Shown here one piece after another: positions 50,090-57,527 of a DNA stretch of 64,000 nucleotides. A program made the position numbers and the translations under genes. Below the pieces are notes generated by a model. That model saw only the letters and a program-made list of their open reading frames with translations, had not been told where the DNA came from and ran no database searches. Each line of letters opens with the position of its first letter. The first letter of the stretch is position 1. This DNA is from Patescibacteria group bacterium (GTDB taxonomy: Bacteria; Patescibacteriota; Patescibacteriia; Magasanikbacterales; GWA2-37-8). The stretch covers positions 6,163 to 70,162 of the forward strand of contig JBAZKA010000002.1 of NCBI GenBank assembly GCA_041651015.1, read 5' to 3'.

Positions 50090-52384
50090 TTATTCAGCAA
50101 CTGTTCCGCCGCCAACCAATGTTCTAATCTTTGCCACAATGTCTTTATTATCGGGATTCAACTCTTTAACTTTATAATAATATTGTAAAGCTTGTGTTTT
50201 GTCCCCTTTGGCTTCATACAACAAACCCAAACTATAAAGCGCGTTTGAATATCCTGGTTGTAATCTTATCGCCTCTTTCCAAAGAGATTCAGCATCATCA
50301 CGGTCTTTGTCTTTATTACGATTATACAGAATACGTCCAAAATCGTAGAGAATGGATGCCTCGGATGACCCGCCATTATTTAAGGCCTTCTTGTAAGCGT
50401 CAACCGCCTCATCCATTTTACTTTGTTGTTCGTATGTCCCGGCCAGAGCCACATACGCATCCAGATAATCGGCTTTTAACTCAGTCGCCTCTTTATAACT
50501 CTTTACCGCGTTATCATAATCTTTTGACAAATAATAATTGTTACCGAGACGCAAAGCGAGCAATGGATTGGTCGGTTCCAAATCTTTGGCCGTTTGCCAT
50601 GACTTGAGCGCCCAAGTTCGCGCCTCGGGCACAAGCACGGCCGCGTTCTCATACATCACCGCCAGGTTCTCCCAAATTGCCACTGACTTTGGTGATAAAT
50701 CCGTGGCTGTCCTAGCTTCGTTCACGGCCAATGCCACATTTGAACTTACGTTTTGCAAATCAGCTGAACTGGTACTATTCACCAATTTTACCGCTTGCGC
50801 CAAATACACTTGGGCTAAAGCTGAATGATACAAATCAGAACCATTGCGCAAAGACAGCGCATTTTGCAAATCCGCCTGTGCCTTGTCATAATCCGTTTCC
50901 ACGGTCGCTTTGGCGTAATTCACTTCCGCCATATACAATCTGGCACCCCACACACCAACCATGATCAAACCGGCGAGCACAACAATCATTATAAAAGAAA
51001 AGGTTAAACTATATTGTGGTGTATCTTCCATTTCCCATTGTTTCAATTTTACCACCTCGGAATTGGCAAACGACAAACCAGAAATAACCAAACCGAGAAG
51101 CATCCACCACAACCACCACAACACCGGACCAAAAAATATTATGGACATTGAGCCGGTGAGCACAAGCCACGCCGCCGCTGATGCAAAAATATCAATGCGA
51201 ATATCCGAGTCATCAGAAATATCAGCATTACGCTGAGATAATTGTGACACTCTTTTGAACCATACATTAAAGACATGCCCAACCGCGTACAAAACGACAA
51301 ATAAAATTACCAAGACAAACAAAACCCCGCTTTCAGACATCAAGGCAAAAAATGTTGAGTAGGGCTGACTAAATCTAAGCGACCACACCCATGAATCAGT
51401 ATTAAATTCCACGGCGCGATATTTGGAAAAATCCACATTAAATGTGCCGGGACCGCTACCGATAATAAAGTCCTTTGCGCCGCTCGTAATTGTCTTCAGC
51501 CCGATTGTCCACGAAGGCGATGAGCCCAAAGAAATTTCCGCCGGCACCGATGTCTGCATGGCACGCGGTGTTCCGAAAGCAATAAATACCACGGTCAAAA
51601 CCAGCATGGCAAAAAGCGCCGAGACCCATCCTAGCCGGACTTCTTTCATAAAACTGACGCCAATCAACAAAAGAATGATCAACCCGGCTATTACCACCCA
51701 CCAGAGCACGCTAAAACTTAATAAAATTAAACTAACAAAAGATAAAACCGTAACGGAAAAATACACTAATGTTTTTACTAGTGACAAATTACGCTTCAAC
51801 ATATTGCCGGCCGCGAGAATAAATACGACTGCCATCCATAAACCAAACGGCGTGTTTAACTTATCCACGGTATTCAAGGCGCCGGGAAACATTAAGCCAA
51901 TCAAATCAAAATTAAAAATTGCCTTGATCGCAAATATAAGCGACGTAAATCCGCCCACATAAATTATCACCTCTATCATTTTGTTCCAACGAGACCGCGA
52001 GTTGATGATATTTACAATCAAAAAATAAAATACCGCCAAAAAAATCAAATAGGTATAATTAAAGATAAAATATTCGTTTCGCCCCAAAAATGAATCATAG
52101 CGATTAGCGGAAAAAATTGAGGAAAACAAGGCGACCAGCAAAAGCCCCAATATTGGCAAATCCATGATTGAACGCCGGAACGACAATGACTTGGAAATAA
52201 CCATCTTGGCCACAAATAATATCACATTAACCAAGAGCAGGCATATAAACACATACTGTTTTGGTATGATATAGAAATTCGCCAAATTTTTGTCCATGAA
52301 AAGCGGAATCACCACTGCATTCACCAAAAGAAAAACATAGGACAATGTGTCCAGCACCTTCAACAATTTTTGGTTTGCCAACAT
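50090..52384 (-). CDS. polytopic membrane protein (O-antigen-ligase/glycosyltransferase-like TM core) with C-terminal TPR repeats
   Basis: more than 10 TM helices followed by several TPR-like repeats. Confidence 0.6.
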   Translation of the reverse strand: MLANQKLLKVLDTLSYVFLLVNAVVIPLFMDKNLANFYIIPKQYVFICLLLVNVILFVAKMVISKSLSFRRSIMDLPILGLLLVALFSSIFSANRYDSFLGRNEYFIFNYTYLIFLAVFYFLIVNIINSRSRWNKMIEVIIYVGGFTSLIFAIKAIFNFDLIGLMFPGALNTVDKLNTPFGLWMAVVFILAAGNMLKRNLSLVKTLVYFSVTVLSFVSLILLSFSVLWWVVIAGLIILLLIGVSFMKEVRLGWVSALFAMLVLTVVFIAFGTPRAMQTSVPAEISLGSSPSWTIGLKTITSGAKDFIIGSGPGTFNVDFSKYRAVEFNTDSWVWSLRFSQPYSTFFALMSESGVLFVLVILFVVLYAVGHVFNVWFKRVSQLSQRNADISDDSDIRIDIFASAAAWLVLTGSMSIIFFGPVLWWLWWMLLGLVISGLSFANSEVVKLKQWEMEDTPQYSLTFSFIMIVVLAGLIMVGVWGARLYMAEVNYAKATVETDYDKAQADLQNALSLRNGSDLYHSALAQVYLAQAVKLVNSTSSADLQNVSSNVALAVNEARTATDLSPKSVAIWENLAVMYENAAVLVPEARTWALKSWQTAKDLEPTNPLLALRLGNNYYLSKDYDNAVKSYKEATELKADYLDAYVALAGTYEQQSKMDEAVDAYKKALNNGGSSEASILYDFGRILYNRNKDKDRDDAESLWKEAIRLQPGYSNALYSLGLLYEAKGDKTQALQYYYKVKELNPDNKDIVAKIRTLVGGGTVAE

Positions 52385-52633
52385 AATTATGAATTAATTA
52401 ATAATTATTTATATAGATTTCACGCATTTATTTATTGAATGCGTCTTTACATAATTATATCATATATATAGACCTATGTTAACTGTGCATAAGATAATTT
52501 TCGCGTAGCATCGTTTACCTCGCAACAACAGTAAATATATTTTCTCCGGCAGTCGGTTGCGCACGCGGCACACAAGATTGATAAAATTTATTTATCGCCG
52601 TTAATGTTTTATCAACACACCTGACTACCTTCA

Positions 52634-52659
52634 GTTTGTATACACTAGTGTATACAAAC
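52634..52659. promoter_or_regulatory. perfect 26-bp palindrome GTTTGTATACACTAGTGTATACAAAC, copy 1 of 3
   Basis: identical copies at 53385-53410 and 53644-53669. Confidence 0.8.
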
Positions 52660-52720
52660 ATCCACTTTATGAGCAGGTTATGCACAGACTTATCCACAAT
52701 GCTTTGCGTTGTGTAGGTGG

Positions 52721-52792
52721 GTTCGATTCCTTGTTTTATATATAATAAAAAGCGCATAAATGCGCTTTTTATTATGTGGACCTGGGGGGAAT
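52721..52792. repeat. 72-bp direct repeat copy 1 (contains terminator hairpin AAAAAGCGCATAAATGCGCTTTTT and a copy of the last about 17 nt of tRNA-Ala)
   Basis: identical to 52925-52996. Confidence 0.8.
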
Positions 52793-52924
52793 TCCGCATC
52801 GTCTCGTCCGCCCTAGGCGGACTCGACTCTTTGTCCTGGGCAGCGGCGGACTTCCACCGGAAGTCCGCCGACACTCGTCAGCTCGTTTTTGCTTCCGCAA
52901 AAACTTCGCGCCTCGTTCCTGCCC

Positions 52925-52996
52925 GTTCGATTCCTTGTTTTATATATAATAAAAAGCGCATAAATGCGCTTTTTATTATGTGGACCTGGGGGGAAT
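52925..52996. repeat. 72-bp direct repeat copy 2 (overlaps true 3' end of tRNA-Ala(CGC) and its terminator)
   Basis: identical to 52721-52792. Confidence 0.8.
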
Positions 52997-53051
52997 CGAA
53001 CCCCCGCCTCAGCAATGCGAATGCCGCATAATACCACTTTACTACAGGCCC
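52981..53051 (-). tRNA. tRNA-Ala (anticodon CGC)
   Basis: hand-folded: acceptor GGGCCUG/CAGGUCC with G3:U70, anticodon loop UUCGCAU, T-arm GGGGGTTCGATTCCCCC, discriminator A, CCA not encoded. Confidence 0.8.
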
Positions 53052-53128
53052 TGATGTTGTTTTGCTGGATTATATCACAATAAAAAAATAAATCAAGACT
53101 TCATCTGTTCCCCGCCTGCCATCGCCTG

Positions 53129-53200
53129 TGCCCCCAGTATGAATCGAACACACATCCACCCCTTAGGACGGGGTTGTTCTATCCATTGAACTATGGGGGC
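53129..53200 (-). tRNA. tRNA-Arg (anticodon CCU)
   Basis: hand-folded: acceptor GCCCCCA/TGGGGGC, D-arm GTTC-AATGGATA-GAAC, anticodon stem ACCCC/GGGGT with loop GUCCUAA, T-loop TTCGATT. Confidence 0.75.
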
Positions 53201-53300
53201 TCAGGCAAGGGCGGGCAGGTATCCGCACCGACGCCTATTCGGGGTCGGTGCCCCGACTTTACGTCGGGGTTGAACTACGGGGACGACTATACTTTATTTA
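53201..53300 (-). other. degenerate 5'-part copy of tRNA-Arg with GC-rich hairpin insertions (pseudo-tRNA fragment)
   Basis: minus strand reads ...CCCCGTAGTTCAACCCCGACGTAAAGTCGGGG CACCGACCCCGAATAGGCGTCGGTG..., aligning to the 5' half of the real tRNA-Arg. Confidence 0.4.
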
Positions 53301-53384
53301 TTGTGGCTAGGGGTTGTTCCACACCAGACATGCCTTTCGCGTATCCGAGGCGGGCAGGTCGAAGTTAGACTTCGTGGCCTTTAC

Positions 53385-53410
53385 GTTTGTATACACTAGT
53401 GTATACAAAC
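53385..53410. promoter_or_regulatory. 26-bp palindrome copy 2
   Basis: GTTTGTATACACTAGTGTATACAAAC. Confidence 0.8.
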
Positions 53411-53643
53411 AGACTGATTGTAGCAAAATCCTTACTCATGTGAAACAATCATACCAAACTTTGAAACAAAAATCAAGTAATACAGTTTTCGCCGAAATTA
53501 GCCAAATTCCTAATGTTCCACATGAAACAACGCGTATTCGTGAAAATTGTGGAAAAACCATGCCTGAATTCTGCATATAAATCATGCCTATCAGCACGTA
53601 TTATTGACTAACCAAAATATCTTAACCCCCTATAAATGTACCA

Positions 53644-53669
53644 GTTTGTATACACTAGTGTATACAAAC
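53644..53669. promoter_or_regulatory. 26-bp palindrome copy 3
   Basis: GTTTGTATACACTAGTGTATACAAAC. Confidence 0.8.
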
Positions 53670-53730
53670 TCATGCGCATTACTAAGAATTAATCGCGCCC
53701 AAGCAACAAATGACAGCCTAGAGATCTGTA

Positions 53731-53750
53731 TTTGTTCCACGTGGAACAAA
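53731..53750. promoter_or_regulatory. perfect 20-bp palindrome TTTGTTCCACGTGGAACAAA upstream of rmuC
   Basis: GTTCC-ACGT-GGAAC core; about 150 bp upstream of rmuC ATG. Confidence 0.6.
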
Positions 53751-53898
53751 TAGCAACCCTAGATGACAACATGACTAATAAGTGGTACAATTACAAAAAT
53801 GACGACTATTACCTCATATGATATTAATAATAGCGCTAATCGTGATTGCCCTAACCGCGATCATCATATATACTAGTATCAAAGATAAAATATAATCT

Positions 53899-54978
53899 AT
53901 GAATACCTTTTCAATTCTCGCGTTCTCCGCATTAATTGTCATAACTGCCGCCTTGGTGACAATCATCGTCCGTCTGACCAAAAAACAGGCCACTCCAACC
54001 GACCAAGGCCCCTATCTTTTGATACAAAACCAGATTCAGGAACTGGCCCGGCTGGTAGACTCCAAAATTTCCGAGACAAACAAAGCCATGAACGACACGC
54101 AATCCTCTTTACACAAAACGATTCAAACCCAATTTGGCCAAAATATCAAAGTCATCACCGATATCACCGAGCGTTTAACTAAACTGGATGAAACAAATAA
54201 ACAAATTATTGGTTTTGCCGATCAACTGCAAAGTTTGGAAGATGTTTTGCAAAATCCCAAACAACGAGGTATTCTCGGCGAATACTTTTTGGAAAACGTC
54301 TTGAAAAATGTTTTACCGCCCGGCAGTTTCCAGATGCAATATAAATTTCCCGATGGCGATATTGTGGACGCGGTGGTGTTTGTAAAAGACAAACTCATAC
54401 CAATTGACTCCAAGTTTAGCTTGGAAAACTATAATAAAATCGTGGCAGAAAAGGATCCCGAACGCCGGACTGAGCTGGAAAAACTTTTTAAAAATGATTT
54501 GAAAAACCGTATTGATGAAACAAGCAAATACATCAAACCTAAAGAGGGGACTATGGATTTCGCGTTTATGTTTATCCCGGCCGAAGGAATATATTATGAT
54601 TTACTGATCAACCAGGTCGGGGCAATGAAAATCAACACTCATGATTTGATTGAATACGCTTTTAAGGAAAAACGCGTGATTATTGTCTCGCCAACATCTT
54701 TTCTCGCTTATTTGCAAACCGTCATGCAAGGGTTGCGCGCTTTACAAATTGAAGAAACAGCCAAAGAAATCCGCCAGAGGGTGGAGGATTTGGGCAAGCA
54801 TTTGCTGGCTTATGATGAATATTTAAAAAAATTAGGCAATAATTTGTCCACAACCGTAAACGCCTATAATATTTCTTATAAAGAATTTAATAAGATTGAT
54901 AAGGATGTGATAAAAATCGCCGGCGGTGAAAAAATCATTGAGCCGTTGGTGTTGGATAAACCGAGAATTGATGAGTAA
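53899..54978 (+). CDS. rmuC: DNA recombination protein RmuC
   Basis: N-terminal TM, long coiled coil, RmuC motifs QRGILGEYFLENVL and MFIPAEGIYY. Confidence 0.85.
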   Translation: MNTFSILAFSALIVITAALVTIIVRLTKKQATPTDQGPYLLIQNQIQELARLVDSKISETNKAMNDTQSSLHKTIQTQFGQNIKVITDITERLTKLDETNKQIIGFADQLQSLEDVLQNPKQRGILGEYFLENVLKNVLPPGSFQMQYKFPDGDIVDAVVFVKDKLIPIDSKFSLENYNKIVAEKDPERRTELEKLFKNDLKNRIDETSKYIKPKEGTMDFAFMFIPAEGIYYDLLINQVGAMKINTHDLIEYAFKEKRVIIVSPTSFLAYLQTVMQGLRALQIEETAKEIRQRVEDLGKHLLAYDEYLKKLGNNLSTTVNAYNISYKEFNKIDKDVIKIAGGEKIIEPLVLDKPRIDE

Positions 54979-54982
54979 GCAT

Positions 54983-55010
54983 TGACAAAAATGAAAATTT
55001 GGTGTATAAT
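54983..55010 (+). promoter_or_regulatory. near-consensus sigma70 promoter (TTGACA-16-TATAAT)
   Basis: drives the small ORF at 55068. Confidence 0.55.
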
Positions 55011-55067
55011 CCAAACAAATTCGTTCATTCATCGCGCCTCGGCGAAATCTGAGGCAAGGAGGAAATC

Positions 55068-55259
55068 ATGGCAAAACAACACTGGAATAATCGTCCGTCA
55101 GTCGTGCTGTGGTGGAACGGCAATGAATATATTCCCTGTCAAGTTATCTCGACATCCAAAGGTACTATTCGCATTCGTATCGCCGAGGGAAATTTTGTCG
55201 GACGCACAATCGAGATCGCAAATTCCTCATTGAATCCTGCAAATATGGTTTTGATGTGA
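55068..55259 (+). CDS. small hypothetical protein (63 aa)
   Basis: strong SD AAGGAGG 7 nt upstream of ATG; consensus promoter upstream; terminator-like hairpin at about 55296-55320. Confidence 0.5.
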   Translation: MAKQHWNNRPSVVLWWNGNEYIPCQVISTSKGTIRIRIAEGNFVGRTIEIANSSLNPANMVLM

Positions 55260-55401
55260 TGAAACAGCTCTTTCTTTCCGCAAAACCCCGCCACGTGGCT
55301 CCGTTCTCGGAGTCTTCTTTTTTACTTAGTGAGGGGTTTGACAAAAAATCATTTTTGCGTTATCATTACAACGCTCTCATTTAGAAATCAAATTTATATT
55401 T

Positions 55402-55653
55402 ATGCCAAATAAGCAAAATGCTAAAAAGGCTTTGCGACAAAACGCCAAGCGACGCGCTCGCAACATGGTGCGCAAAGACGCTTTCCGTGATGCTATCAGA
55501 AACGCAAACAAGGCGACAAGTAAAGAAGAAGCTCTGAAAATCGCCCGCGCGGCGCAAAAGGCCTTGGACAAAGCATCCAAAACTCGAGCCATCCGAAAAA
55601 AAACCGCTGCTCGCAAATTGTCCCGCTTGATGAAGAAGGTCAACGCGAAATAA
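55402..55653 (+). CDS. rpsT: 30S ribosomal protein S20
   Basis: 83 aa; Lys/Arg/Ala-rich with typical S20 N-terminus NAKKALRQNAKRRARN. Confidence 0.9.
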   Translation: MPNKQNAKKALRQNAKRRARNMVRKDAFRDAIRNANKATSKEEALKIARAAQKALDKASKTRAIRKKTAARKLSRLMKKVNAK

Positions 55654-55659
55654 TAAATT

Positions 55660-55690
55660 AAAACATCAGCCCCGGGCTGATGTTTTTTTA
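55660..55690. terminator. bidirectional intrinsic terminator
   Basis: AAAACATCAGCCCCGGGCTGATGTTTTTTT. Confidence 0.7.
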
Positions 55691-55707
55691 TTACGCGCAG
55701 CTCGAAT

Positions 55708-56382
55708 CTATTTTTTCTTGGCCGCCATGTCCATGTCCCAAATCATTTTTTGTGTTTTATATACCACCAAACACAGGCCGACAAATGAAAAAGCCAAAAT
55801 AAACGGCAGGACCCGGCCCATATAGGTCTTGCCAAAATATATTATCAATGTGTTGATGATAATAAACAACAAGCGAATTTCCGTCGGGCCGATATACAAG
55901 AAAAATTGCTTAAATTTATTAGTGACCGCGAAATCCAAATATGAATTCACCATGAACGCACCGAGTATGGCCATTACGAAAAAAATTGTGTAATCATAAC
56001 GATCGGGCATAATCAAGGCATAACCAATTAGAACCGAAAACAAGAACATATAATCCAAAAAGTGGTCCATGTAATAGCCCCACTTAATCGTTCCCGTATC
56101 ACGATAACGACCCAAAGCGCCGTCCAGCAAATCCGTGACATACTGCAAAAAAATTGCCAATGAAACCAACCACAACCAATGGACATTGGACTTCGCCATG
56201 TAACTGGCTCCAACTATTATTAGACACCATGGAATTGTCATTAAGGTCAAATGATAGCCTTCCAGCCATAAAGGGATCTTCGGCACGACATAATCGCGAA
56301 ATTTCACATCCCAGGCATAAAAAATAGACGTTCCGAATTTTTTATCACCGGCGAACGAAGTGTTGTCGTCTTTTTCTGGCAT
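55708..56382 (-). CDS. CDP-alcohol phosphatidyltransferase-family membrane protein
   Basis: D-x2-DG-x2-GR...G-x3-D-x3-D pattern (VTDLLDGALGRY...MDHFLDYMF); multiple TM helices. Confidence 0.65.
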   Translation of the reverse strand: MPEKDDNTSFAGDKKFGTSIFYAWDVKFRDYVVPKIPLWLEGYHLTLMTIPWCLIIVGASYMAKSNVHWLWLVSLAIFLQYVTDLLDGALGRYRDTGTIKWGYYMDHFLDYMFLFSVLIGYALIMPDRYDYTIFFVMAILGAFMVNSYLDFAVTNKFKQFFLYIGPTEIRLLFIIINTLIIYFGKTYMGRVLPFILAFSFVGLCLVVYKTQKMIWDMDMAAKKK

Positions 56383-56405
56383 ATTTTATAAAACAATATT
56401 TAATC

Positions 56406-57386
56406 CTATAATTTTCCCACAAACAAATCAACGAGGAAATCATGTTTGGCCACGCCGGTTTTCACGCCGACATCAATATTTAGAAGTTCATCGTAAATAC
56501 GTCGTAAATCTGGCAAACTAAAACGACGGACTTGGGCCAAAGATTTTTTGGCCACGAATGGATGAATACCGAGGGCTTTGGCAATCTGGTCGCTGGTTAA
56601 GTTATCTTCACGCTCCCACAAATCCCGCATCTGCACGAGAATCTTAAACTGCCGGAGCATCATAGCAAAAATATAGCCGTCGTCTTGCCCGAGTTTTCGT
56701 TCATCGGTCAAAAGTTTGTAAGCCAGCTTTTTATTGTCCGCGGCAATGGCATCAATTAAATTAAAAATATTATCTTCAAGTTTTTCCTCGGCAAACAACG
56801 CCACGTCGGCCGAAAGAATTTCGCCGCCTTTTTTGTAGGCGATCAATTGATCAATGACAGAATTAACAAGCCACATGTCTTTGCCAATATCATCGGCAAT
56901 TTTTTGCGCCGCCATTCTATCTATGGACGCGCCGCGCGCCGTGACTTCTTTGACAATCCAATTTACCAGTTCATTGCGGTCCATGGCTGGAAACTCATAA
57001 GCGTATTTTTGTTTTTTCAAAATCTCGGCGAGTTTCTTGGCTTCATTGGTTTTACCGATTGCTTCAGCTTGCCAGATAATCGCTACATTGGCCTCAGGCA
57101 ATTTGTTTTCATTAATTATCTCGGATAATTTATCCAAAAAATCTTTATTGCTGGAAGATAGGGGATTTTTCAAAACAATCATTCGCTTTTCGGCGAGAAA
57201 CGGCAAAGCCAAAAGCTCGCCGACCATTTTATTCGGTTCGTCTTTTTGCGCGTCAAACGAGAGGGTGTTGAAGCCCTGCGGGTCGCGCTTAGCCTTGAAT
57301 TCATTGACGCTTTGGCGCAAAAAGTTGTGGCTGCGCCAATCGTCTTCACCGTAAATATATAGAAGCATAACGGTATCATCATACAA
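56406..57386 (-). CDS. holA: DNA polymerase III delta subunit (HolA-like)
   Basis: 326 aa; clamp-loader-like three-domain architecture; located next to polA. Confidence 0.6.
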   Translation of the reverse strand: MYDDTVMLLYIYGEDDWRSHNFLRQSVNEFKAKRDPQGFNTLSFDAQKDEPNKMVGELLALPFLAEKRMIVLKNPLSSSNKDFLDKLSEIINENKLPEANVAIIWQAEAIGKTNEAKKLAEILKKQKYAYEFPAMDRNELVNWIVKEVTARGASIDRMAAQKIADDIGKDMWLVNSVIDQLIAYKKGGEILSADVALFAEEKLEDNIFNLIDAIAADNKKLAYKLLTDERKLGQDDGYIFAMMLRQFKILVQMRDLWEREDNLTSDQIAKALGIHPFVAKKSLAQVRRFSLPDLRRIYDELLNIDVGVKTGVAKHDFLVDLFVGKL

Positions 57387-57527
57387 TGTTAGAGGCGGGT
57401 TGGCAAATTATAGTGATACTTTTGCCTTTTTAGTTGTTAACTTGTTGACAACTTTTTACCCATTATCAAAAACAAAAGTTGTCAACTGAATGACAATTAA
57501 ATAGACGACTTACCCGATAACACCGGC

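Noticed and set aside
52717-53031. 104-aa ORF in the ORF track
   Set aside because: It spans the duplicated 72-bp repeat, terminator hairpins and the tRNA-Ala gene. Its internal protein repeat is an artefact of the DNA duplication.
52796-53400. tmRNA, RNase P RNA or SRP RNA in the GC-rich structured segments near the tRNAs
   Set aside because: Conserved motifs (RNase P P4 GGAAAGTCCGGGC, SRP GGAAGCAGC helix, tmRNA tag ORF ending in a stop after Ala-Ala) were not found on either strand. Only partial resemblances were seen.
53314-53580. 88-aa ORF between palindrome copies
   Set aside because: It runs through two of the 26-bp palindromes and has no SD. It more likely reflects non-coding regulatory DNA.
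53731-53750. Palindrome as a canonical LexA/Cheo box
   Set aside because: The core is GTTC-N6-GAAC, the inverse of the Gram-positive GAAC-N4-GTTC box, and unlike CTGT-N8-ACAG. It cannot be assigned to LexA from sequence alone.
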